A DNA stretch of 51,628 nt, from positions 1 to 51,628 of the forward strand of contig NW_021834527.1 of assembly GCF_006345805.1 (NCBI RefSeq), read 5' to 3'. Positions 12,671 through 26,479 of this stretch are shown piece by piece; the stretch's first letter is position 1; each line of letters starts with the position of its first letter. This DNA comes from Octopus sinensis. Taxonomy: Eukaryota. Made by a program: the position numbers and the translations under genes. Under the pieces are notes generated by a model, which was given only the letters and a program-made list of their open reading frames with translations, searched no databases and was not told where the DNA came from.

Positions 12671-13066
12671 TTGTATAAACATATCTGTATATAAATATGT
12701 CTATATGTATTATATATGATACATATACAACCATATAGGTGCATGTACACACACACACGCACACATATATATACACAAACACATACATATATGTGTATGT
12801 GTGCTCGCGTGCGAATGTGTGTAATATTAATAATAAATACAAAAACCATCGAGACATGCCGATGCATGCCACCGTGTGAAGACACAATCAACTTCGAAGT
12901 CACAGTAAATTAACTCCATTGTCGTCAAAATCACGACAGAATCACTTTCCTCGCAAATGTTTCCTTGTTATTCTTGAACTTGCTCTAAAATAATATTCTT
13001 AAAAGTATAACCTAGTTTCACTTTCCATATATACGTATATATATATATATATTTATGTATGTATAT

Positions 13067-13483
13067 AGGTGCAGGAGTGGCTGTGTGGTAAGTAGCTTGC
13101 TTACCAACCACATGGTTCCTGGTTCATTCCCACTACGTGGCACCTTGGGCAAGTGTCTTCTACTATAGCCTCGGGCCGACCAAAGCCTTGTGAGTGGATT
13201 TGGTAGACGGAAACTGAAAGAAGCCCGTCGTATATATGTATATATATGTATGTGCGTGTATGTTTGTGCGTCTGTGTTTGTCCCCTTAGCATTGCGTGAC
13301 AACCGATGCTGGTGTGTGTATGTCCCCGTCACTTAGCGGTTCGGCAAAAGAGACCGATAGAATAAGTACTGGGATTACAAAGAATAAGTCTCGGGGTCGA
13401 GTTGCTCGATTAAAGGTGGTGCTCCAGCATGGCCGCAGTCAAATGACTGAAACAAGTAAAAGAGTAAAAGAGAGAGCAAAAGA
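13067..13483 (+). mobile_element. SINE family A, full length
   Basis: As above. Confidence 0.9.
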
Positions 13484-13509
13484 GTATATATACGTGTGTG
13501 TGTGTGTGC

Positions 13510-13549
<40 letters not shown>

Positions 13550-13978
13550 ATAGTTATTTACACATATATATGTCATAAACAAACACAAACATTTCTAAAC
13601 ATCGCGACACACGTGTCGGCAGAGTGGTTTATTTGCAAGTACGAAGTCCATTACATATCAGATAACATTTACGTTAATTGGCAGTAATCAAGTGGTCGTA
13701 TTCGATTCATATTTGGGAATTTACAGCTAAGTGTTATTTTGATCGGCAGTTAATGGCTCGTAATGAACAGTACAGTGACTATGAAAGCACGACTGCCGAC
13801 ATTGGCTGAGATTACGATTTAGACTCAGGGACAAACCAGAACACGTCTATCCTGATAGGATTATTGAGAAATATGACTGACATCTTTAAACGTTATATGC
13901 GAGAAACACTGCATGCGTGCTGAAACACATGTACACACATATGCGAAAAGGTATATGTATGAGTGTGTGTGTGTGTGG

Positions 13979-14029
<51 letters not shown>

Positions 14030-14192
14030 TGTAGCCGCAGGCGTGATTTCGTGGTAAGAAGCTTGCTTCGCAACCACATGGTTCCGTGTTCTGTCCCACT
14101 GCGTGGCACCTTGGACAGGTGCTTACTACAGCCTCGGGCCGACCAAGGCCTTGTGGGTGAATTTGGTAGACAGAAACTGAAAGAAGCCCGTC

Positions 14193-14222
<30 letters not shown>

Positions 14223-14227
<5 letters not shown>

Positions 14228-14371
14228 AAATTTAGAGGACTGACCACTAAAAGTGGACAGCCAATATGCTAGATATAGACGTCAAAATCGCCATTTTCCA
14301 CGAAGAATGTGTTCTCAAGAAAAAACTCAGCAAAAAACCACTTTTAGTGGTCAGTCCTCTAAATTTTGTAT
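14223..14371. repeat. Perfect 34-bp inverted repeat opening a PLE-like derivative
   Basis: ATACAAAATTTAGAGGACTGACCACTAAAAGTGG (14223-14256) with its inverse at 14338-14371. A downstream HHR 3' half GCCGAAACAGCTGTA lies at ~14523. Confidence 0.8.
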
Positions 14372-15079
14372 GTAAAAAAATGTTTAATCTTCGGATTTTT
14401 TTAAAATATGCTAGGTCACTGGTTTTAATTGATTAATATCAATTTCTACCCTTATTTAATATATATATTACCTACTATATAAATGGCTAATATAAGTAAA
14501 ATGAGACATACTTATCTGCATGGCCGAAACAGCTGTAAGATGTAGTCTATATTTATATTTATGTGTACTTATATTTACGTTCTCTTATACATATTCTACT
14601 TATCGTGTAACATTACTCTTTTAGGTACACTCCTTTATGTACACTGTTTTGTTCTACATCATTTTGTTTAACCTTATAGTTTCTTATGTGGTGGTTTAAT
14701 AATGTATGTGATTGAGTATTATCTGGTAATTGATATTTGATTTCGATGTATTTCTCCATTTTCTTATTTTGTATATATATATATATACCTACATATCTCC
14801 ATTTTCCGGGAACCTCAACCCAAAAAACAAAAGCAATGTTCTCCTCTTCTAAACAAAACAAAAAAACATTTGTTTTATATAAATAATCAACCTGTTTGTA
14901 CATTCACAAAAAGAAATTTTATTTGACAAGTTAGAAAAACGAACGAAAGCGCTAATAATAATGACTAAATAAGAAAAGTCTTTTTCCAAAATACTAGCGA
15001 CTTCCTCTATTTTCAATATTCAATATCTGGACACCACTATTAACACTTTATACATGTATGTGTGTTTATATATATATAT

Positions 15080-15267
15080 AGGGAGAGTTTACGAAAAAAA
15101 CAAAAGACGAAGACAGGTGGTGTACAAAACAAACAGATGTATTAGTATAACGCTCAGGAATAGAAAAAGTCTTTTACGTTTCGAGCCTACGCTCTTCTAC
15201 AGACAGGGACAGAAAAAACAAGGAGAGAAAAAAAATGTGTGTAGTGGCTAACGATCTATCATGGCGT
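15080..15267 (-). mobile_element. ~190-bp hammerhead-bearing element (copy 2)
   Basis: HHR-like motif at 15171-15206 with CTGTAGA core and GAGC/GCTC stem II. Confidence 0.75.
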
Positions 15268-15270
15268 TTG

Positions 15271-15312
<42 letters not shown>

Positions 15313-15850
15313 CGCGCGCGCGTGTATGTGTGTGTATCTATGTGTGCGTGTCTTTGTGTCTGTATTTGACCCCCATCACTACTTGAGAACCGGTGTTGGG
15401 TGTTTACGTCCCCAAAATCTGGCGGTTTGGCAAAAGTACGAGGCTTTAAAAAAAAGGTCCTAAAACCCTTCAAGGTGATGCTCCAGCATTGCTGCAATGA
15501 AATGACTGAAATAAAAGAGTAACTGAATAAAGGAATGTTAGGGGGGTACGGGTTTAAATTATATTAAAAAAAAGTGGGGGATTGCGACATACTAGATACA
15601 ATGGAAGGGTTTGGTTAATGATGGGGTATATTTGAGGAATATCTTTAAAATGCAAATCAATGCAAATAAAGCTAACTCACCATGTCATCAGGGCATCGTT
15701 ATACCAACGATTCTATATACAGGCGCATTTATATACATATAGGGATACACATACACACAATACATGCGCATTTATATACACATTTTTGTATCTATATTTA
15801 TATAGCCGCCATCAGGCTGCCTGAAGAGGGTTAGTAAACCGAAAATTCGA

Positions 15851-16063
15851 AGTCTCTCTTTACTCTTTTACTCTTTTACTTGTTTCAGTCATTTGACTGC
15901 GGCCATGCTGGAGCACTGCCTTTAGTCGAGCAAATCGACCCCAGGACTTATTCTTTGTAAGCCCAATACTTATTCTATCGGTCTCTTTTTACCGAACCGC
16001 TAAGTTACGGGGACGTAAGCATACAAACATATACACACACATACATATATACGACGGGCTTCT
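15851..16063 (-). mobile_element. SINE family A, partial
   Basis: 3' body and (GAGTAAAA)n tail; abuts a hammerhead-like motif at ~15820-15854. Confidence 0.8.
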
Positions 16064-16199
16064 TGATGAATACAATTTATTGATCAGTTATCGAATCATC
16101 TGCATTTTCTATGCAAACCTGCGTTTTACCACGATCCTATGAATGGTCCCACTACCCGAGATATGTGTGTGTGTGTGTGTGCGTGGGTTTGTACAGTAT

Positions 16200-17672
16200 A
16201 TTCTCATTTTCTCTTTTACTTGTTTCAGTCATTTGACTAAGGCCATGCTGGAGCACCGCCTTTAGTCGAGCAAATCGACCCCAGGACTTATTCTTTGTAA
16301 GCCTAGTACTTATTCTATCGGTCTCTTTTGCCGAACCGCTAAGTTACGGGGATATAAACACACCAGCATCGGTTATCAAGCGATGTTGAGGTGGGGGGGG
16401 ACAAACACAATACACACACGTACATATGATTTTGATTTTGATTTGATTTTGATTTTTCCAGTTTCAGCTAATGAGCTGTGGCCATGCTGGGGCACCGCCA
16501 TTTGGTTTGCTACACGATTTTACCTCACGGATGCTTTTTAGCAAACGCCATCTGATGCATGAGAGAGTTCGATGCAGCTGCCCTCATCTGCACCTCCTGC
16601 CGTGAAGTTGGTTCATCCGGGACACCTGAAGGAAGAGATCCAGTCCTACTTTAAAGACATCCGCATCCACACCATGCAGGTCCCTCAGGTTCTTCGGGAG
16701 GATATTGAAGAGCTGTGGGCCTCTGAAGCCCAGGCTATCACAATATCTTGTCCTACATCTTGATGGCAAATTTGGAGTCCTTGGTACTACGCAGTGGCGT
16801 CCGGTTCTGGCATTTGTGTGACTCTCGATGCCAAAGTCTGGGACAAGTCCTTCCAGGATCTTCCAGATATATATTATGGCATATCTTTCTCGCCTACGCT
16901 CCAGGGAATAGAGCTTTAATCTCTTGAGTCTTTCCCAGTAGCTCATATGTTGCACAGAGGCTATCTTCTTCGTGTAGCTTCGTTGGATCGCCTCAAGTTC
17001 TGTGATCGACTTGACACTGGATGGTGACCATAGCTGAGAGCAATAGTCAAAGTGGCTTAGGACAAGTGTCTTCCAGAGGACCATCATGGTTTCTTGTTCT
17101 CTTGTTCTAAAGGTTCTAAGAATCCATCCAGCCAGCCGTCTACATTTCATTGCCAGTTTAGCAACATGTACATGAAAGGTCGCGTCATCACTCATGTGAA
17201 TACCAAGGTCACGCACTGATTGTGCCTCTGGGATTGCAATCCCTCCGGGTCCAGTGTATTCATTGGGTATTGCATTCAGTTTTGCATGCTGATAGTATAA
17301 AGCTTGAAACTTTTCAGCATTGGACTGCATGCTATTCTTTTCAGCCCACATTGTCCAGCTCACATTGCAGGTGCTTAGTGTCTTCAGGGTTCTATATTGC
17401 CTGTGAAACTTTTGTATCATCTGCATAACTTGTGATCGTGGCTCTCTGCGTGGCTGAGGGCATGTCTGAGAGGGCCATTATGAACAGTAGTGTATATATA
17501 CATATATACGACGGGCTTCTTTCAGTTTCCGTCTACCAAATCCACTCACAAGGTTTTGGTTGGGCCGAGGCTATCGTAGAAGACACTTGCCCAAGGTGTC
17601 ACGCAGTGGGATTGAACCCGGAACCATGTGGTTGGTAAGCAAGCTACTTACCACACAGCCACTCCTACGCCT
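16200..17672 (-). mobile_element. SINE family A split by a LINE inserted in its internal microsatellite
   Basis: 3' half at 16200-16427, 5' half at 17491-17672. Confidence 0.8.
16428..17490 (-). mobile_element. 5'-truncated CR1-group LINE (RT C-terminus and 3' tail)
   Basis: SYADDTKV at ~17415-17430, VRDLGIHMSDDATF, LSHFDYCSQLWSP, SYWERLKRLKLYSLERRRERY; (AAAATC)n tail. Confidence 0.9.
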
Positions 17673-17989
17673 GTTTACATTTTCCTTAACAATTTATAGA
17701 TATGGCACTTTACTAAAAAGTATTGAGTGGTCAATGTAATTTTCAACGGCCTTTGATATATTATGCCACTGAGCGATTTTATATATGGTTCATGCGGGAT
17801 TATTTGAGAGTCGATCATTGGGAAAGGCATTGGATAATTTTCCCTTCCTTTGAAATCAGGTATTATTTCTCGTTATCATAAGTGACCAATCCGATTCGAT
17901 CCTTTGCCGACTTTAACGCCACCCGCTTGTGACAACAACTGTATAGTTCTTGCAGCCCAATCAGCAGCTGACTTCATGTCATCACCAAC

Positions 17990-18039
17990 CGATGGAGCTA
18001 ATATCAACCAAAATGTTCCTATCATCCGCAGAGAAGCTT
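17990..18039 (-). CDS. Candidate host-gene exon (50 nt)
   Basis: Acceptor ATATTTACCAG|, donor G|GTTGGT; reads (R)SFSADDRNILVDISSI(D); phase 2 to 1. Confidence 0.5.
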
Positions 18040-18232
18040 CTGGTAAATATTGCATATTTACTTTGAATGGAAAATTCCAGGTACATTCTTTCTGGTTATT
18101 CAATTTATATAGATAAAGAAAATCATAGCACCTACAACCTGTTAAGTCGTTATGGACTCTCAGTAAGATATCTCGCTTACGCGGATAAAGATTTTATTCC
18201 CTACATTTGCGCGTCTCTAAGATGTGCTTATA

Positions 18233-18271
<39 letters not shown>

Positions 18272-18274
<3 letters not shown>

Positions 18275-18880
18275 CGCAGAAGTGGCTGTAAGGTAAGAAG
18301 CTTGCTTACCAACCACATGGTTCCGGGTTCAGTCCCACTGCGTGGCACCTTGGGCAAATGTCTTCTGCTATAGCTTCGGGCCAACCAAAGCCTTGTGAGT
18401 GGATTTGGTAGTTGGAAACTGAGAGAAGCCCGTCATATATATATATATATATATATATAGGGAGAGTTCACGAAAAAAAGCAAAAAACGAAGACAGGTGG
18501 TGTACAAAACAAACAGATGTATTAGTATAACGCTCAGGAATAGAAAAAGTCTTTTACGTTTCGAGCCTATGCTCTTCTACAGAAAGCGACATAGAATAAA
18601 AACAAGGAGAGAAAAAATGTGTGTAGTGACTACCGATCTATCATGACATATGTATATGTTTTTGCGTCAGTGTTTGTACCCCACCTACATCAGCGCTTGA
18701 TAACTGAAGTTGGTGTGCTTACGTCCCATATCTTAGCGTTTCGGCAAAAGATATCGATAGAATATGTCTAGGCTTACAAAGAATAAGTCCTAGAGTTGAT
18801 TCGTTCGTCTAAAGGCAGTGCTCCAGCATGGCCGTAGCGATATGACTGAAACCAGTAAAAGAATAAAAGAATAAAGAAAT
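18272..18880 (+). mobile_element. SINE family A with the hammerhead element (copy 3) nested in its internal (TA)n
   Basis: Head 18272-18434; body resumes at ~18650. Confidence 0.85.
18459..18647 (-). mobile_element. ~190-bp hammerhead-bearing element (copy 3)
   Basis: HHR-like motif at 18551-18586 with intact stem I (CUUU/AAAG) and stem II. Confidence 0.75.
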
Positions 18881-18898
18881 ATATACGAATATATATAT

Positions 18899-21471
18899 AA
18901 CTTAACTTTGATAACTTCGATAGGTTTCGGCCAGTAGAGGGCCAGGCCATGTCTAACTTAATAGCACCACCTGGTGAAGTCTTTTAGTCATGTGTGGTGC
19001 ACCATGGCCCACTCTAGTAAAGAGTTATTATTGTTGGAGACATATCCGGGTGTAGGAGGTTGGTCTGGGATTTTCTGATGAAATTTGCCCAATGAACATT
19101 TAAATTTTATGGGATCCGTTTCCGTTTTGACGTATTTTGGTATTAAAGAGAGCTGGACCGGTTGAAGTAAAGTAATTGTGACGTAATGTTGCTACCAAGT
19201 TCGATTTTTGTACTGAGCGGATAGCACAGGGGCCAAGTCTTGGATGGATTTTAAAATTGATGCCAACATCATTTGTGCAATATTGATGGAATATTTTCTA
19301 CATCACACTAATGATGTAGCGCTCTCACAGCGTTGGAGGGAGTAGAGATTGAGTATTTTTAGCCGACCCCCAATAGCCAATGCCTCTCATGCCATCTGTC
19401 TTTCTTGTCATTGACCTCTGGAGTGCCTCCACTTTCATAATGAGTTGCTTCGCATGGGGGGGGGGACCACAGTGGGCAATAGTACTCAAGGTGGGGTCCG
19501 GCAAAAGTAGAGGAGAGAATCATGATGGTGTAGGCATCTCTAGACCGGAAAGTTCTCAGAATCCAGGAGCACATATTAGGGGCCAAGTCAAACTTGCTGT
19601 TTACGTGGGAACTCCAGCTTAGACTGTTATCAACAATTACTCCAAAGTCTCTGGTGTTGTTGGATGACATTAGGGAGTTGCCCGACGGAAGAGCATATGG
19701 TAATTTCAGAGTATCCTCTTTTCCGAAGTGGATCAAATCAAACTTATCTTCATTTAGAAGCATATTGTTTTTTCCCGCCCATTGGACAATAGCAAACAGA
19801 TCTGACTGAAGGCATATTCGGTCCCCATGCCATTTATGGCTTTCTGGAGTTTGGAATCATCTGCAAAGATTTTCAATGTAGAATATTTGATGACATCTAC
19901 AATGTCGTTGAAGAGGAGTGGGCCCAACACCGTACCTTGTGGGACACCACTACTGACTTTGGCTGAGCTGGATCGTATTCCCTCAAACACAACATGTTGG
20001 GTTCTGTTCAAGAAATACTTTATCCACTATAGCAGCTTTCCACGGACTCCAGTGTTGGATAGTTTCTTCAGCAGGATTTTGTGGTCCACTCTGTCAAATG
20101 CCTTGCTGAAATCAAGATATATGACGTCAGTGTTTGGAGCCCTGTCCCAACGCTTTTAAGATGTCATCAAAATGGAGCAGAAGCTGCGACAGGCAATCCT
20201 TGCCATCACGGAAACCATGCTGCTTGGGGTTCAGCAGATTGTTGTCTTCGAGGAAGTGAGTTATTTGCGATCTCACCACACTCTCAAATACTTTAATGAT
20301 ATGAGAGGTGAGTGAAATCGGAGGGTAGTTCACTGGAAGAAATCCGTTTCCCTTTTTGAAGACTGGAATGACAGATTAGGAAAGAAAATTATCAGGAATG
20401 TAGCCTGCATCAAGTGAGTTGCTCCAGAGCTCTGCAAGAGGAGGTGCAATTTGATGTCGACACATCTTCAGGACAGTGGCCGGGAACTTATCGGGACCTA
20501 TTGCCGAGTTTTGCTTGATCTTATCTATTTCTCTTAGGATATCAGGAGCACCAAAAGTTATATCAGATATGGTTAGTTGAGGGTTTACATCACTGACACT
20601 AGCCAGATCAATCGCATTAGCGTTATTGAAGACAGAGCAGTAATGTCTCTGCAGTATCCTCGCACAAGGATTTTGCACCATCATGTAGAGTGTTGTTCTC
20701 ATCAAGCAGAGGACGAACAGTGGAAACAGCATCTTTATGTTTTTGGGTTTTTTTTTGCAAATGAAAAGAACATTTTGCGATTGGCTTATACTTGGCCCAA
20801 CTCTCCTCAGCTGCTCTTTATCAGTTATTGAAGGTCATCATGCTTTTTTGGAGGTTGTGTTTTTTCGATTCGACTGATGCAATGGCAGTCGAATGGGTGC
20901 GTTGCTGCTGGCAGAATTTAAGTTGGTTGATTTTCTAGTTAAGTCTTTTTATTTCTCTGATAATTGGTGTGTTACTGTTGGAGGGTGTATGTGCGTGTGT
21001 GAAAGCCCAATCAACTTGTGAAAGATCATGGTTGATCGCATCCCAGTCTGCGTTATGAAGATACATAGTGTCAAAAGGATGAGCTGGAGAGATGCCAGTG
21101 GATTTGATCTTTGGGTGGTAGAATCTCAGATCGCAAAGAACTGTGTCATGGTCTGAGAATAGTGGTGTTTTTTCCACTGCAATATTGAGATAGTGTCAGT
21201 GTGGTTATTAAACACTAGGGCCAAGGTGTTTTTGTGACACCTTGTTGGTTTGTGAACAAGTTGGGTCAGGAAAAACACATCCATGAAATCAAAAAGCAAT
21301 TCGATTGCTTCCTTATCGGGGGCTGTGGTGGAAAAACCTTCTTTCAAGCTGTTTGTGGACCAATCAACACTGGGAATGCTAAAGTCGCCCATCATTAATA
21401 TGTTGTCAGCTTGACACTGATAGATGAAACATTTAATACTGTTGAGGCATTCCTTGAAGCGTAGAAAAGGA
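18899..21471 (-). mobile_element. Decayed CR1-group LINE ORF2 (APE endonuclease C-terminus, RT and 3' UTR)
   Basis: ILMMGDFSIPSVDW, FLTQLVHKPTR, NYPPISLTSHIIKVFE, QHGFR, SGVPQGTVLGPLLF, KIFADDSKL and PHLEYYCPLWSP across several frames. Confidence 0.9.
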
Positions 21472-21496
21472 GTTATATGCATATGTGTATATAAAC

Positions 21497-21528
<32 letters not shown>

Positions 21529-21538
21529 TGTGTATAAG

Positions 21539-21647
<109 letters not shown>

Positions 21648-21654
21648 GTAAATA

Positions 21655-22113
<459 letters not shown>

Positions 22114-22717
22114 TATATATATATAAGGTATGTATGTATGTATGTATGTATGTATGTATGTATGTATGTATGTATGTATGTATGTATGTATGTATCCCAC
22201 AATAATCAGCTATGTCTGGACTCAGGTAAAAAAAGCTGTATGATAACTCTGAGACTGACCAAACATTTAACTACTAGTTCGACAAATAACATTTTGCTTT
22301 GTGTGTAGGGGGAGCGTCTTTGAATGAGTGTCTTTATATATTTGTCTGTAGGTATATATGCATATTATATATATATATACATACATACATAGAGATAGAG
22401 GGGGAGAGTGAGAGAGAGTGATTTATATATTGAGAGGGAGAGAGCAAGTGATTTATATATATTTATGTACGTGTGTGTGTGTGTTTTTATGTATGTATCT
22501 ATCTACAACTACGTACATATAAATCTACAGTGTGTATGTATGTATATTTCTGTGTGTGTGCTCGCGCGTGTGAATTTCTGGGTCAAAAATAAATTTTAAA
22601 TGTATAGATATATACTTGTAAGTAGTATTCTTTGTTCACGTATGTATGTGTATGTGTGCGTGTGTGTATGTGTTTGAGTGTGTGTGTGTGTGTGTACGTA
22701 TGTGGGTGTGAGCATTC

Positions 22718-22761
<44 letters not shown>

Positions 22762-22884
22762 TGTGTGTGTTTATGTGTGTGCCATCCCGCAGAAGCCCCA
22801 GAAGTAATTTATAAATTATTGCTTTAGCGCTGTTGCACTTTTAAGACATCTACTGGATAATTGTAGGAGAGAAAATTAGTTTAC

Positions 22885-22940
22885 CGTAGTTCCGAAAAGT
22901 ATGCTATCAATCGTAGGTGTCGCTTGCGCTCCTCTATCAG
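22885..22940 (-). CDS. Candidate host-gene exon (56 nt)
   Basis: Strong acceptor GTCTTTCATTGCAG|, donor G|GTAAAC; reads LIEERKRHLRLIAYFSEL(R); phase 0 to 2. Confidence 0.6.
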
Positions 22941-23965
22941 CTGCAATGAAAGACATGCAGTGATATATGCAAATGTGTGTATGTGTGTGTGTCTTGTGTG
23001 TTCAGGTGTCGGTCCATACGCACAGACAGACACACAAATGCATATATTTACTTGCCAAATTGAACCATACATACATATGGATATATATTATTTAATTGAA
23101 CGCGACGCATCAATTTCCAAGTAAATTTTTCTTCACCCTTTTGATGCGACTCTACTCTATATGTTTTACTCCTCCAATCTTCTCTAATTCTCTTTTCTCC
23201 CTCCCCCCTTTTCACCGTCCTCTGTCTGTCTCTCTCTCTCCCTCTTTCTCTTTTTCTCTCTCTCGTTGCTCACACGTGACCATCCTCCATCTTTCTTTTC
23301 CTGCACAGACATTCGAAAGGCTGGACGCTTTTTCTCTGTCTTCTATCTTTTCTCTTTCCAACGAAAATATTTCTCCCAGCGTTCAATATTTTCCTCTCGT
23401 TCTGGTCTAACAACCCTCCATGTTTGTTTCCGTTCGGTTTCTTTGTATGTCACCAATCTCCTGTTTTTGTTCCCAACTTTCACCCTCCATACATCCTAGT
23501 TTTCATCTTAGAATTTATGGGAGCACCTGTCTTTGAAGATTCATATTGTTGTTGAATGCACGAAATGAGGAGTAGATTCACATGCGACAACTGATGAAGG
23601 GTTCTTTCTCTGTGTTTACATGTCCTGTTTTCCATTTTTTCTCGTTTGCACAGTTGGTGACGCCCTGTACCTATGTATGTATCTATGTATGTATGTATGT
23701 ATGTATGTATGTATGTATGTATGTATGTATATATATGGATGAAAACAGTTTGATTCAAATTCGAGGGTACTCATGAGTTTCAAGCCTGCTGCTAGCCGTC
23801 ACCCATTTTGATTTTGAATGACAGAAGTACATTGTTATTACCGTTGGGTGGGCTGCGATTAGTCGAGGAAGGTCACGCGGTGCAGTGGTTTGATGTTAGT
23901 AAACGGTAAAAGTTGGAAAATACTGCTAACCACCCTACTTCAGCCTGCGACTTCCGAAACCTTAC

Positions 23966-24000
23966 CACGTGCCATATAGAAGCATCTTGTCTCTCACGGG
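23966..24000 (-). CDS. Candidate host-gene exon (35 nt)
   Basis: Acceptor TATTTTACAG|, donor G|GTAAGG; reads (P)RERQDASIWHV; phase 1 to 0. Confidence 0.6.
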
Positions 24001-24610
24001 CTGTAAAATACTGCGCACGCTTACACCATCCGATGGTATTACCCGGCACTATACGGATACTCCCAGCATATGCGCTCCTTCAGATCCAGGGACAGAGAAA
24101 ACTTTATTTCCCAGTCTCATTTTCTCTGGAGACTCCGCGATCTCCGAGGTGAAATAAGTGGACCATTGTCGACAGGGCGCCATCATATTAACCCGGCGCA
24201 CACAACTGCCAGCTCTGCCTCCGTGTAATAACTGCATATCCTCCAACAACCCGCTGCATCCATCAACAAGAATACGATTTATCGTATTGCTGTCACTAGA
24301 GATATGCCTTACTGGCAAATTTCAGGCCTCTACTTCAGCATAGAAGTGGAGACAACATGTTCTTTGTCTATCTCCTTAACTTCTTGTAGATTTTAGGTAT
24401 AGTTATACTAATGTGTCCATCTGTTCTAATTTAATTAAATTCTATGTCCTTGTGCAGCTGAGGATGGCTCTGAATTTTTAAATTGATGTAATGATTGCAT
24501 TATTCAGTTAAATGGAATTGCATGAAACGATCGTATTGCATTACTTCTGGATATCCTTGTTGTTATTTTGAGATATATATCTGTATATGTATATATATTA
24601 TATTTATATT

Positions 24611-24689
<79 letters not shown>

Positions 24690-24708
24690 TATATAATATA
24701 TATGCATG

Positions 24709-24790
<82 letters not shown>

Positions 24791-24817
24791 ATATATATAT
24801 CTTACACACACACATAC

Positions 24818-24953
24818 ATAGGAGAGTATTGTAGTTGGCTTGAAGCATTGTGTGTTGTTTGTAAAATATAATGTATCTTGAATGGCACAATAATATATTA
24901 TAATAACAACAATGGACTATGGTAACTGTTATAATTTAATCAACCATTGTCTG

Positions 24954-25023
<70 letters not shown>

Positions 25024-25549
25024 TTTCGGAATAAAAGAATTCCTTCTTCAGATATTGCTGGGAATTGTAGTTCGAGTCACTGCTACAGAGTAGGGCCCCA
25101 AATTAACAAGAGGCTGGAGGTTGGTAATCAATATATTATTTAGCCACATCTGGATGCGTGTAGGTTCATTATTGATAACATGCTCATGTATTATTTAAAA
25201 AAAGAAAGAGGGGAGAAAAGAAACTGCGCGTATAATACACAACTTCGAAGCAGCGCTGCGGATGTGCCAACACATATACGAGTTTGAGACATGGCCACTC
25301 ACGCACTTCCCCTGAGGAATTCCGAAAGGAGCTTCGTGAAACTACCGTAGAGACACTTCCGAAAAAAGAATTGTCAGTAACCGTAGGAAAACCGGTTGTA
25401 GCAGAGACTCGAAAAATTCCTAGCGATATCTGAAGAAGGAATTCTTGTATTCCGAAATATCATTATTATATCAGACTGTGGATACTTAAATTATAACAGT
25501 TATTATAGTCCATTGTTGTTATGATAATGTATTGTTGTGCCATTCAAGA
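24818..25549. mobile_element. Palindromic PLE-derived element with head-to-head hammerhead motifs
   Basis: Arms ~24876-25086 and ~25398-25549. Right-arm HHR reads GATAT-CTGAAGA-A-GGAAT..ATTCC-GAAATATC (25425-25461). Homologous to 48183-48583. Confidence 0.75.
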
Positions 25550-25778
25550 CACACACACAGACATATATATATATATCATCGCTTTTAAAAATCCTGTGGA
25601 TGGAAACAGTTTCTAAATTTTTATGGTATACGCAACATACTTTTATGCAAGCATGCATATGTACATACATGCATGCATGCATACATACATACATGCAGGC
25701 ACGCATACATATATACATACATATTATTCATGTATATGCATAAGCAAATACCCATTAAGATACAGTGATATATATATA

Positions 25779-25829
<51 letters not shown>

Positions 25830-25837
25830 ATATATAT

Positions 25838-26015
<178 letters not shown>

Positions 26016-26031
26016 TATAGACATATCCGTA

Positions 26032-26190
26032 TGGAGGCGCAATGGCCCAGTGGTTAGGCAAGCGGACTCGTGGTCGAAGGATTGTGGTTTCGCTTCCTAG
26101 ACTGGCGGACATTTGAAGGTTAAAACAATGCGAAGCGCATTGTCACCAACGATGTGTAGCAACATTTGATAGCCTGGTCGGTCACGGTGA
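26032..26190 (+). mobile_element. Short SINE (family C head with the 11822-type tail)
   Basis: TGGAGGCGCAATGGCCCAGTGGTTAGG head; GAAGGTTAAAACAATGCG…GGTCGGTCAC tail. Confidence 0.8.
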
Positions 26191-26479
26191 TATATATATA
26201 TATATATTCGTTACCATACTTTACCATATATATATATATATTCGTTACCATACTTTACCATATATATAGACACTCCTGTGAAAATAACTTGTAACACCAA
26301 CAATTTTTTGTGATTTCAGAAGCAATTTTCATTTGTATTTGAATATGATTTATGTTAATTTATGAAACACCAATTTATTAATCAATTATTCTGGCAGCTA
26401 TTATTATATTGTTTCTTTTATTATATTCCCATGATGCATTTCACAATAATGTCTACACTAATTTCGGCTGACACAAATA

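Larger units (their letters stand above)
14033..15520 (+). mobile_element. SINE family A apparently split by ~1.1 kb of insertions (5' half 14033-14195, 3' half ~15340-15520)
   Basis: The 5' half stops at the internal microsatellite and the 3' half resumes after it on the same strand. Confidence 0.6.

Noticed and set aside
17956-18042. Plus-strand 87-nt exon candidate (TTCTTGCAG|…G|GTAAAT)
   Set aside because: I found no plus-strand partner exons, and it overlaps the minus-strand exon that fits the chain. Not fully excluded.
23585-23640. CTGATGAAGGG… here and at ~42434
   Set aside because: No GAAA or stem III follows; at most a truncated remnant of a small repeat family.
24313-24332. 17-20-nt micro-exon candidate ending |GTAAGG
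   Set aside because: Weak acceptor, and including it forces a different frame on the 28.3-kb exon.
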